DNA of 48,084 nucleotides from a virus (taxonomy: Duplodnaviria; Caudoviricetes), in the IMG/VR virus record IMGVR_UViG_3300032237_000447, positions 1 to 48,084 of that record; one strand, 5' to 3'. Numbering within the stretch: the first letter of the stretch is position 1; the number at the start of each line of letters is the position of its first letter. Positions 1 through 8,566 of the stretch are shown in pieces. The position numbers were made by a program, and so were the translations under genes. The notes beneath the pieces were generated by a model, which searched no databases, was not told where the DNA came from, and saw only the letters and a program-made list of their open reading frames with translations.

Positions 1-5
1 GAGCA

Positions 6-860
6 ATGGCACAAGACCATAACGACATCTATAGTATAGTAGAACGACTTCGTATTCTAGAAGAAGGGCTTACCCCTGTCACGGTCAAGCACGGTCTTAA
101 TGCACAACAAAAAAGTGTCAATCAATTAAGTGCTACATTTAAGCCTAAAACAGTAGCAGTGCTTACAGCCAAGAAAGATCCTAAAAATCCCCTGGCAGAT
201 AAATTAGTCGGCGACAGCGTTGAAAATGATAAAGAGCCTGTGGATGAAGATGTCTTAGAAAAAGTTAAAAAATCACTTGCTGATTACCTAAGTAATGTGG
301 CAGATGAAATTAAATCAGACACTGACTTAAAAGACAAGAAAAAAGAAGATTCAGATCTCAAAAAGAAAGACAAGAAGGATCGTGACCTTGTTGCCAAAGA
401 CAATCAAGAAAATCTAGACGAAGATCATCAAAAACTTGAACCAGGTGATCGTGTTAGAGTAGTTGCTCCTAATCATTACGAAGATAGAGTTGGTGAAGTT
501 GTTGAACTAAGCCCAAGTGGTAAGTTTGTTGTTCTTGATTTTGATGGTGACGAAGCAAGCATGCACATATCCGATGTTGAACCAGCTGATGATGTTGGCG
601 ACGAAGAAGACTGGGATGCTGGTTACGACGCTTATAAAGAACGTAGCTGGACCGAAGAAGCACCAGTTAAAACTGTTACTAATGAATGTGGCCTGTTTGA
701 AATACACGGCAACGAACCGTCAGGATTTGAAATACGCCACGGTAACAATGCAATGCGTTCACGGTTTAAGAGTATTGACGAAGCTGTTATGGCTTTAGAA
801 GTGTTTGCAGCTCGTAAAAAAGCCCAAGACGAGTCACAAGATTATATAGAAGAAGCTTAA
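6..860 (+). CDS. Acidic/lysine-rich phage protein with a KOW/SH3-like segment; probable virion (head-processed) protein
   Basis: 284-aa ORF; KOW-like LEPGDRVRVVAPNHYEDRVGEVVE; several x-x-E linkers (ILEEG, VDED, LDED, TEEA) like the downstream polyprotein. Confidence 0.5.
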   Translation: MAQDHNDIYSIVERLRILEEGLTPVTVKHGLNAQQKSVNQLSATFKPKTVAVLTAKKDPKNPLADKLVGDSVENDKEPVDEDVLEKVKKSLADYLSNVADEIKSDTDLKDKKKEDSDLKKKDKKDRDLVAKDNQENLDEDHQKLEPGDRVRVVAPNHYEDRVGEVVELSPSGKFVVLDFDGDEASMHISDVEPADDVGDEEDWDAGYDAYKERSWTEEAPVKTVTNECGLFEIHGNEPSGFEIRHGNNAMRSRFKSIDEAVMALEVFAARKKAQDESQDYIEEA

Positions 861-871
861 GGAAAAAGAAA

Positions 872-3800
872 ATGAATTTGTTTGACTTATATGAAAACCG
901 CGAGCCATATCAACAGGCCATAGACAAGTTAGAAGCTCGTCGCATTGAAGACTTAGAAGCCAAGATGGACGACTATGCTCGCCGTGGTATGAAAGACGAA
1001 TTCCAAAAGTGCAAGGCAGAACGTGACGGTTATTACAAAGTAAAAAATACCAGTGTTGATGAAGCCGGTATTGGTCAAGACCTAGTAACTCCACAACAGC
1101 GTGTTCAACAAGCAACTCCACAAAAACAAACTCCTATACAAAAAGTAGGCAGTACTGTCAAGCATGCCGCTAACTGGTTGGCTGGCCGAGGCGGCCCTGG
1201 TAAAGAAGGCCCAACCTACGAAGAAGCAGAGTTAGACGAACAAGAGGCTGGACCTTTTGATGTAGTAGCGGGTAAAAATTTAGTTCTGCTACAACAAGCC
1301 TGGGAGAAACAATTACCCAATGTTAGTTTAGAATTTCCAGGGCAGAATTTAACTGTTTATTTGCCTCAAGTGTATAGTATTTTTAAACACTTAGAAAAAA
1401 TGAATAATAATAAACAAGTTGCAACAGTTCAAAAGTTTTTTGGCGACAGGCAAGATTTTTTATTGTGGATGAATAGTATCAAACAACTACAAATTCCTCC
1501 CAAGGCACAAAAAGCAATTAAATCTCAATTTGCTCAACCCGAACCCGGTCAACTTGATTTGGGCATTGCCGAAGCAAAAAAAAAAGATAGTTTAAGTACC
1601 CCGGGCGATCCTGAGTCTGAGGTGGCTATTAAATTAGCAAGAAGTCGACATCCTACGGCTAAAAGCGATCTATCAGCATTAGTCAAAGACAAAATTGCTA
1701 CAGATAAAACTGTTAAAAAAGAAATAGATCAAGTAAAAACTGACAACGAACGTCAAGAAAAAGAAATTCAAAGTCTTGAAAAAGAAACTGATGCACTTAT
1801 TATTGCCACCAGAACTGCTAGAAAACCAAAAAACTTCGATACCGACGGGGACCCAACTACACCATTGCCACCGTCGGCTGGAGCATTTGTGCCTGCGGCA
1901 ATCACACCGCCAGTAACAACAGCTACAAAACCTGCCGTTGCAACACCTGCGGACGCAACAACTAGAATAACTCCAAAATCTAGGCAAATCAGATTGGCTG
2001 AACCTCCTATGCTTCCACCAAAGAAATCACCAGACTTTGAGCCAACAGTTAGCAAAGGTAAAGAAGTTAAAGATAAATCAGACACAACAAAAATGAATTA
2101 CCGCTCTGTACCTCAGGGTCGTTTAGGTCGTACTCAAAGACCAGCTCTAGCCGGAGTGGCACAACAGCCTTCAAAAAATATGGGAGGTGTAAATATTGTT
2201 CCCCAAGTAACTGATCAAGGATTGGCTTCTTCTGGAGATACTGCACAATCAGCTCAAGATGCCAGCCGAGGTAATAGACAACAACGATTTGCAAAACCTA
2301 AATCTGTATCAATTACTCCTAATAACTGGGAAGTTCTTCCCAGACTAGAAGAAGGTCAAATGAATGAACTTGATATTGCACGCCAAGACCTAGAACTAAT
2401 GAGTGAACGCCAATTTTACGTTGCTTATGGCATGAGCAAAGCGGCTTTTCAACAACAGTATCGTGCCTTGTTAAATCCTGCTGAGCCTGGATATACAAAC
2501 GAAAGTGTTGACGATGATGATTGGGATGAGGACGAAGGTGACTTTGTTAATGATCCTACTGTTCACGCTCAAGTAAGAAAACAACCCTTGCCAGACTCTG
2601 TGCTACGAGCCATTGAGCGAGATCCCGGTATGAGAGCCGACATCATTGCCGCATACAAGCGCAAGCACGGTATAGCAGAAGGACCAGATTTAATCAACAT
2701 GTCAGACCTACAGTTTTATAAAGAATTGTTAGCGGTCTTGGTAATTCCTATTGCAGGGCTTGGAGCGGCTGCATGGCATCGCGCCCAGAATGCTCTTAAG
2801 TTGTATCGTGCAGAAGATGTAATTACGGCCTTAAACAAAAAAGGCATCACAGTTGACCGTGCTACGCTTGTACAGATTAAACCATTGTTGTTAAAACTTG
2901 AACAGGCCATTGATGTGGACCGGGATGGTGATGCTGCCAAAGAACTAGCCCAGCGTATTCAACAAACTGTCACCTGGGGCAAACTAAAACAGGCCCCTAC
3001 ACAACCAGCAACGCCAGCACACGGGGGTGATGAGAACGGTGTGACGGAAGCTATTCCGGTAATTCGTGGAACACAACCAACTGGTGCCCAGTATTCCACC
3101 CAGTTGGCAAAAATTGCTATGAAGTTGGCTAAACAAAGACACGCTGACGGCTTACGCAACGATGCCAAAGATTTCAACAAGGCGGCTAAATTATTTGCCG
3201 CTGGTGATGTAGATGGTGGTGCAGAAATAATTGCTTACGAAATGGATACAGAGCCAGCTGACGAGTTTTATGCTTATATGGAACATTATAAGATTCCTAC
3301 CGAGATAGTTTTTGGGTTAACTGAAGCCGGTAGCCCAGCACAGCAGGCCGCTATTGCCATCGCTATGAAACGGGCTGGTAAGAAACCTAAACATGTAGAT
3401 GAGGCTGGCGATCGGGTAGATCCTATTTTATACAAAGCATTAGATCGTATGCAGCCTGGCATCGCAGGGCAAGGACAACCTGGAGATGATTTATTCTCTG
3501 CCGCTAGAACAGCTCTAGCCACCGAATGGGGATTGTCAGCATTGAGATCAGAGTATGCTACTGCCACGGCATACACTAGACAGTTAATAGATTTATACCT
3601 TGCAAAACACGGTGCTAAACAAGGTATGGCAGAAGATACAGGTAGTTGGATTGTGTATGATCCTGAGACCAAGCAGATCAAGAAACGTTTCAAGACTCAC
3701 ACCGCCGGCAAGAGTTATGCTAAGGTACATGGCCTGGGCTTTGCCAGTAGTGAATACTACTTTGATAATGTTAAAGAAAAAGCTGTAGCAGAAGGTGCCG

Positions 3801-4231
3801 CCATAGCCTATATTGTTGATATTGAAAGCGAATATGGCGATAAAGGTGATATACGTGTTAAGGCCAAGGATCCACAGGATGCTATCCGCAAGGTAAAAGC
3901 AAAGTTTAAGGACGGAGAATATGCTGTTTGGCCTACGGGTGTCCGCCGTGCTGAAGCGGTTGATGAAGCACAGACAGATTATCAAAAACGTCGCCAGCGC
4001 GAGCGTGATGTTGATGCAGGTAAGCCTGTTAGTAAACCACGTCAACCTAAGATGACCGATTATCAAAAACGTCGTGCTCAAGACCGGAAAGACATGGAGT
4101 TAGGCGAAGAAGGCATGTTTAGCCCGTTAGAAGAAAGTTATACCAAGGTCATGGAATCACAAGGCATTACCGATCCTAAGTTATTAGAAGTTGCTCGTCG
4201 TATTGATGCGTTTGCTAAAACTATAAAATGA
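872..4231 (+). CDS. Large modular protein (1119 aa), probable internal head polyprotein
   Basis: SD-like aagga upstream; unrelated-looking segments separated by recurring [VILM]-x-E-[AGSD] motifs (SVDEAG, GIAEAK, GIAEGP, GVTEAI, GLTEAG, HVDEAG, GMAEDT, AVAEGA, AVDEAQ). Confidence 0.6.
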   Translation: MNLFDLYENREPYQQAIDKLEARRIEDLEAKMDDYARRGMKDEFQKCKAERDGYYKVKNTSVDEAGIGQDLVTPQQRVQQATPQKQTPIQKVGSTVKHAANWLAGRGGPGKEGPTYEEAELDEQEAGPFDVVAGKNLVLLQQAWEKQLPNVSLEFPGQNLTVYLPQVYSIFKHLEKMNNNKQVATVQKFFGDRQDFLLWMNSIKQLQIPPKAQKAIKSQFAQPEPGQLDLGIAEAKKKDSLSTPGDPESEVAIKLARSRHPTAKSDLSALVKDKIATDKTVKKEIDQVKTDNERQEKEIQSLEKETDALIIATRTARKPKNFDTDGDPTTPLPPSAGAFVPAAITPPVTTATKPAVATPADATTRITPKSRQIRLAEPPMLPPKKSPDFEPTVSKGKEVKDKSDTTKMNYRSVPQGRLGRTQRPALAGVAQQPSKNMGGVNIVPQVTDQGLASSGDTAQSAQDASRGNRQQRFAKPKSVSITPNNWEVLPRLEEGQMNELDIARQDLELMSERQFYVAYGMSKAAFQQQYRALLNPAEPGYTNESVDDDDWDEDEGDFVNDPTVHAQVRKQPLPDSVLRAIERDPGMRADIIAAYKRKHGIAEGPDLINMSDLQFYKELLAVLVIPIAGLGAAAWHRAQNALKLYRAEDVITALNKKGITVDRATLVQIKPLLLKLEQAIDVDRDGDAAKELAQRIQQTVTWGKLKQAPTQPATPAHGGDENGVTEAIPVIRGTQPTGAQYSTQLAKIAMKLAKQRHADGLRNDAKDFNKAAKLFAAGDVDGGAEIIAYEMDTEPADEFYAYMEHYKIPTEIVFGLTEAGSPAQQAAIAIAMKRAGKKPKHVDEAGDRVDPILYKALDRMQPGIAGQGQPGDDLFSAARTALATEWGLSALRSEYATATAYTRQLIDLYLAKHGAKQGMAEDTGSWIVYDPETKQIKKRFKTHTAGKSYAKVHGLGFASSEYYFDNVKEKAVAEGAAIAYIVDIESEYGDKGDIRVKAKDPQDAIRKVKAKFKDGEYAVWPTGVRRAEAVDEAQTDYQKRRQRERDVDAGKPVSKPRQPKMTDYQKRRAQDRKDMELGEEGMFSPLEESYTKVMESQGITDPKLLEVARRIDAFAKTIK
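3977..4074 (+). repeat. 17-bp direct repeat gattatcaaaaacgtcg (3977-3993, 4058-4074) within TDYQKRR x2
   Basis: Exact repeat read from the sequence. Confidence 0.85.
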
Positions 4232-5238
4232 AAATTAGCGATTTTAAAATTGTTAACCATGACAAACTAGACAGCATACTTGTACGTCTATGTGAAATGG
4301 TCATTGCAGGACAACAGAAGGATCCTGACAATTATGGCATGGTTGCAGCCGCTGTGTTAGATCCTGACAACAACTGTGTGGCCGCATTAAATTACCGCAT
4401 TGGTGACAAAGATGTGCATGGTGAACGTGCGGCCATTGATGCATATGAACATCGCTTTGGTGACATACCCGACGGCAGTATTATCCTAACCACATGTAGT
4501 CCATGCAGTGAACCCATGCCCGAGCGTGTGGGTGAAAGTTGTCAAGATTTAATTAGTAGCACCAATGTTCATAAAGTTTACGCTGGCTACAGAGATCCTA
4601 GCCAACACACACAGTATTCTGACAAGACCTACCATTTACAGATCACCCGGAACAAAAAAATACAGGACTTATGTCAAGCATTTGCTGACACATGGCTTGA
4701 TGACGAACAGTTAGATGAATCTATGTTTGATCAATGCTATGCCCAAGCTCGCAAATTATATGATCAAGCAGAAAGTAAAGGACTGAATCCTGTGCTAGTC
4801 CAAGTTGCAGATTATCAAAGTGACGGTAGTCATGCAAATCCCAAATGGTTAGAAATTCCACAACGATTATGGCAACACTATGTTACTGTAGTCGGAGATA
4901 TCGTGTATGATCCAACAGCTGAACAATTTGGCAACAAGCCAACCAAGTACAGTGTCGATGACTTAAAAAAACTGTGGGCTAAACAATATCAAATACAACC
5001 CAAAGAACTCAATGAGCTGGCATTCATGGGTAGTCAATGTACCAAAGATTGTAGCGGACATCGTGCTGGCTATGCGTGGTCTCAAGCACGTGGCGGTCGA
5101 AATGCCAATAGTCCGTTTAGTCCAAGTTTTAACAAAGGTTCAGCTATTGGCACTGCCGAATTAATGAAAGCCAAACAACCCAAGCAACCTAAACCTGCAC
5201 CAAACCCTACACGCCCTATTCCTGGCCCAACTATATGA
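4228..5238 (+). CDS. Cytidine-deaminase-fold domain fused to a putative Cys-His-Asp (papain/transglutaminase-like) domain and a short Cys-containing module
   Basis: VHGERAAID...TTCSPC zinc deaminase motif; QCY...QHYV...YDPT spacing in the second domain; linkers QLDES and ELNEL. Confidence 0.6.
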   Translation: MKISDFKIVNHDKLDSILVRLCEMVIAGQQKDPDNYGMVAAAVLDPDNNCVAALNYRIGDKDVHGERAAIDAYEHRFGDIPDGSIILTTCSPCSEPMPERVGESCQDLISSTNVHKVYAGYRDPSQHTQYSDKTYHLQITRNKKIQDLCQAFADTWLDDEQLDESMFDQCYAQARKLYDQAESKGLNPVLVQVADYQSDGSHANPKWLEIPQRLWQHYVTVVGDIVYDPTAEQFGNKPTKYSVDDLKKLWAKQYQIQPKELNELAFMGSQCTKDCSGHRAGYAWSQARGGRNANSPFSPSFNKGSAIGTAELMKAKQPKQPKPAPNPTRPIPGPTI

Positions 5239-5321
5239 ACGACAATCAATACCCAGTATTCCCTGAACAGGCCGAAGGCGACAATAGTGATTATAAACGA
5301 AATCCTTACGCCCCTTGTTAA
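5235..5321 (+). CDS. Possible 28-aa micro-ORF (MNDNQYPVFPEQAEGDNSDYKRNPYAPC)
   Basis: ATGA overlap with the stop of 4228..5238; it also overlaps the start of the next ORF in another frame. Confidence 0.35.
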   Translation: MNDNQYPVFPEQAEGDNSDYKRNPYAPC

Positions 5322-5871
5322 TGAGTCAAGTGGTTACAGCCTTAAAGGCAGTTTCACACACGACTTAATTAAAAGCAAAGTTTGGTTGTTAACTGAGCTG
5401 GCTCGTATTGCTCCTGACGTGGGTACAATCTATGTCCTAGGATCCTGGTACGGTAATCTTGGTGTGTTACTTGCACTGGATCCGGTGATCCGATACAAAC
5501 AATTAATCAATGTAGAAACTGACAAGAAGTTTTTACAGACTAGTGAACGCATACACGATCGTTTAGGCATGGCAAATACTGAATACATGCTCAAAGATGC
5601 CAACGACTTAGATTATCAACAGTTAGGCCGTGATGGTGTAGTCATTAATACCAGTCTAACAGACATGCCAGGCCAGGCCTGGTTCGACAACATACCTGCC
5701 GGCACGTTAGTTGTCATGCAAAGTCGTGATAACGATCCTGGTAATGCCTCACACAGCACACAAAACATTATAGATCGCTTTCCATTAAGCGAAATTATCT
5801 ATGATGGAGAACTCCGATTACAAGATCCTGAAACTGAGTACACCCGTTACATGGTTATTGGCATCAAATAG
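5287..5871 (+). CDS. Class I SAM-dependent methyltransferase-like protein
   Basis: IYVLGSWYGNLG motif-I-like segment, INVETD, KDAND, VINTS; N-terminal INE/VNES linker-like motifs. Confidence 0.6.
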   Translation: MIINEILTPLVNESSGYSLKGSFTHDLIKSKVWLLTELARIAPDVGTIYVLGSWYGNLGVLLALDPVIRYKQLINVETDKKFLQTSERIHDRLGMANTEYMLKDANDLDYQQLGRDGVVINTSLTDMPGQAWFDNIPAGTLVVMQSRDNDPGNASHSTQNIIDRFPLSEIIYDGELRLQDPETEYTRYMVIGIK

Positions 5872-5876
5872 AATAC

Positions 5877-5971
5877 CCTACCTTAGGAACGCTTGCGTTA
5901 CTTTTGGGTTGCCCGGCTGCTGGGCTGAATACTATGGGAGTCGTGCCCCGGAATGGTAATCTAAAGTGAGC
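5877..5971 (+). ncRNA. Candidate structured intergenic RNA (two small hairpins plus a three-way junction)
   Basis: GC-rich island in an AT-rich spacer; stems ccta/tagg, aacgc/gcgtt, acttttgggt/atctaaagt, gcccgg/ctgggc, tactat/atggta. Confidence 0.5.
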
Positions 5972-5987
5972 TTTTACTAAAATATTG

Positions 5988-6015
5988 TTGACTTTTTACA
6001 ATTATGCTGTATAAT
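5988..6015 (+). promoter_or_regulatory. Sigma70-like promoter
   Basis: TTGACT-16 nt-TATAAT upstream of the 86-aa ORF. Confidence 0.65.
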
Positions 6016-6041
6016 CAATATATTATTAATAGGAGAATCAA

Positions 6042-6302
6042 ATGGTAGATCGCGTATTCACAGCAGAACAAACTAATAAACTTACCCAAATTATCAACGA
6101 AGGTATTCAAGTAACTTCTGAGATTGAAACACTATCGGGCGGGTTAAACGATACTATCAAGGCTATTGCCGAAGAATTAGAAATCAAGCCAGGCATCTTG
6201 AAAAAAGCAATCAAGCTGGCACACAAATCAGAGTTTGGTCGTGAACAACAGGATCACGAATTGCTTGAACAAATTTTAGTACAAGTTGGTAAGACTTTAT
6301 AA
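6042..6302 (+). CDS. Small helical dsDNA-binding protein (T4 DsbA/GapR-like)
   Basis: Strong SD aggag; 86 aa, all-helical pattern IKAIAEELEIKPGILKKAIKLAHK; lies near the polymerase. Confidence 0.55.
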   Translation: MVDRVFTAEQTNKLTQIINEGIQVTSEIETLSGGLNDTIKAIAEELEIKPGILKKAIKLAHKSEFGREQQDHELLEQILVQVGKTL

Positions 6303-6305
6303 TAA

Positions 6306-7463
6306 ATGTATAGTGTTTATCAACATTGGGACCCTCTTAAGGTCTGTCTAGTCGGCCGTACATATCCTCCAGAATTTTATTCCTGGATTAAAGATTCGAC
6401 CACAAGACAAAGATTTGAAACTCTTGCCAAAGAAACCGAAGAAGACTATCAAGGTCTTATTCGTTTGTTAGAGAACAAATTTGGCGTCCGTGTACTACGT
6501 CCTGAGTTTCCAGAAGATTTAAGTTCATTATATATTAATGGCAAGTGGGTGCAACCACCAACTGCTCCACGAGATTATTTCTTAATGATTGGCGATAAGT
6601 TTTGGATTCCATATGTTCCAAACGCCAGCCATGCTTGGAGTGTATTTTATAGACAGAACAAGGAAGGGTGGATGCCTGATTGTGTCCGTCCTACTGATTT
6701 TGAAAATCAATTGCCTAACTATTGGCCAGAAATGCAGGCCAAGTTTGTTAAGTTTTGCGCTGTTGATCAAGCACACCTTGATGGTAAGTTAAGTTTTTAT
6801 AATCATGTTTATGATGATATTTGTAGACAGAGCAACGAAATTATCAAAACAGATCTAGATTTTATCAATGGATGTTTTGTAAGTCGAATTGGTGAAGACC
6901 TATATTTTGCTACACAAACTTACTATGACGATAAACAAGCAATCTTAGATCAGGTTAACCAACTATTTCCAAACACACGCAACCATGTTGTCAATGCTGG
7001 TGGGCATGGTGATGCTGTATATTGTCCAGTTACTCCTGGTCTAATTATTAGTTTGAACGATGTACCGACATACGCAGATACGTTTCCAGATTGGGAAGTT
7101 GTTTACTTGCCACCGAGCAACTATAGTCATATGCGTGAGTTTGAATGGTCAATGAAACACAACAAAGGTCGTTGGTTCATGCCGGGATTTGAGCAAGACA
7201 ATAATCTAATTAATATGGTTGATCATTACTTTGATGAATGGGTAGGGCAAGTTAGTGAAACGGTGTTTGATGTTAACATTCTTATTGTAGATCCTAAGAA
7301 CATTGTAGTGAGTACACACAACGATCGAGTTGAAGCGGCATGTGCTCGTCATGGTATTGAAGTTCATATTGTGCCGTTTAGACACAAGTATTTTTGGGAC
7401 TGTGGTATACATTGTGTAACCAACGATCTGCATCGCGAAGGAATAATTGGATCATGGGTGTAA
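6306..7463 (+). CDS. Amidinotransferase (pentein superfamily; glycine/inosamine amidinotransferase-like)
   Basis: WDPLKVCLVGR N-terminus, PRD, GHGD, FDVNILIVD and C-terminal GIHCVTNDL catalytic Cys motif. Confidence 0.8.
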   Translation: MYSVYQHWDPLKVCLVGRTYPPEFYSWIKDSTTRQRFETLAKETEEDYQGLIRLLENKFGVRVLRPEFPEDLSSLYINGKWVQPPTAPRDYFLMIGDKFWIPYVPNASHAWSVFYRQNKEGWMPDCVRPTDFENQLPNYWPEMQAKFVKFCAVDQAHLDGKLSFYNHVYDDICRQSNEIIKTDLDFINGCFVSRIGEDLYFATQTYYDDKQAILDQVNQLFPNTRNHVVNAGGHGDAVYCPVTPGLIISLNDVPTYADTFPDWEVVYLPPSNYSHMREFEWSMKHNKGRWFMPGFEQDNNLINMVDHYFDEWVGQVSETVFDVNILIVDPKNIVVSTHNDRVEAACARHGIEVHIVPFRHKYFWDCGIHCVTNDLHREGIIGSWV

Positions 7464-7640
7464 ACAAATCTTTCAGAATATACCAGTATAGCACCAAAAA
7501 AATTATGACAAGATAGTGCCAGGCGAATTTTATGAATATTGCGAGCATGCTAATCTTTGTACTGTAAAGCCTATGTATGAAAATATACTTGGTTAGTATC
7601 AAACATAGTATTATTAATTTTATTAAAAGAATAAAAATCA

Positions 7641-8483
7641 ATGTTTAATCACCCTATAGTTAATCAATGTCTAACATTTATCAATGATGTTCCTCGAAAT
7701 ACTTGGTATAAAAATCATCTTCGGAAATTATGTGCCGATAAAACAATATTTGAAGTAGGGTGCGGTGCCGGCTTACTTGCAGCATACACTTTACAATACG
7801 GTGCAAAACACTACTACGGTGTAGATATCAGATCAGATCGTGCAAAATTTACGTCAGAGGTTTTAGATCGATTAGGATATCATAATCAACACACAGTATG
7901 GTGTGCTGACGCAGGTGTTATTATGCCAGACGATCTTCCTGATCATGTTGACATAGTCTTATGCGAGCAAACTAGCCATCAGATGCAAAATAATTTTAAT
8001 ATCCAAAAATTTTGGAAAAATTTGCATAAAAAATTTCCTAATGCAATTTTTCTTCCCGATGTTTGGTTTTTAGATGCATATATATACGAAGGATTATTAG
8101 ACAGCACATTAAGTGAATATCAACCACATGTAATATTAGAGGATTCCAGTCTGCCCAAAGATTATGTACAGGTTTTGTCCTCAATGGATTTTGTTAGACC
8201 GTCTGAAACTCTTCGCCAAATTTTAAAAATTACAGCCGGTGCTGTAGAATCGCCTTTAGAATTTATGCTAGACCTTACTAGTTATAAATCAGCTACAATA
8301 GTTTTGTTTGACCATATCGGCTATCAGGATACAGTTTGTCTCAGTCAAAGTAGTCTGACTGATTGGCCTATTCCGGTTAAAATCACAATCAGTGAGGCAG
8401 GTTGTTGTTTTCGTTTCTATTGGAATACCTTAGAAAGAAAAAATAAATTCCCTAACGGATTTTGGTCTTGGGAAAAAATATAA
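7641..8483 (+). CDS. SAM-dependent methyltransferase, protein-arginine-methyltransferase-like
   Basis: D..RNTWY, IFEVGCGAGLLA, GAKHYYGVD, VDIVLCE. Confidence 0.7.
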   Translation: MFNHPIVNQCLTFINDVPRNTWYKNHLRKLCADKTIFEVGCGAGLLAAYTLQYGAKHYYGVDIRSDRAKFTSEVLDRLGYHNQHTVWCADAGVIMPDDLPDHVDIVLCEQTSHQMQNNFNIQKFWKNLHKKFPNAIFLPDVWFLDAYIYEGLLDSTLSEYQPHVILEDSSLPKDYVQVLSSMDFVRPSETLRQILKITAGAVESPLEFMLDLTSYKSATIVLFDHIGYQDTVCLSQSSLTDWPIPVKITISEAGCCFRFYWNTLERKNKFPNGFWSWEKI

Positions 8484-8511
8484 ATTTTTTTTTCCAACAT
8501 AAGTATTTTTA

Positions 8512-8566
8512 GAGTCGTTCACTTTACGAACATGAATCATGGCATACCAGCCATAACTGGAGAACG
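8512..8566 (+). promoter_or_regulatory. Structured leader of the DNA polymerase gene (two hairpins before the SD)
   Basis: gttc-actttac-gaac and atggc-atacca-gccat, then ggag SD; late-promoter-like ataagta near 8499. Confidence 0.45.

Noticed and set aside
7464-7640. AT-rich gap with a protein-like frame interrupted by TAG codons (possible stop-codon recoding or gene relic)
   Set aside because: Conserved genes across the window are intact under the standard code and some end in TAG; the fragment is too short to call
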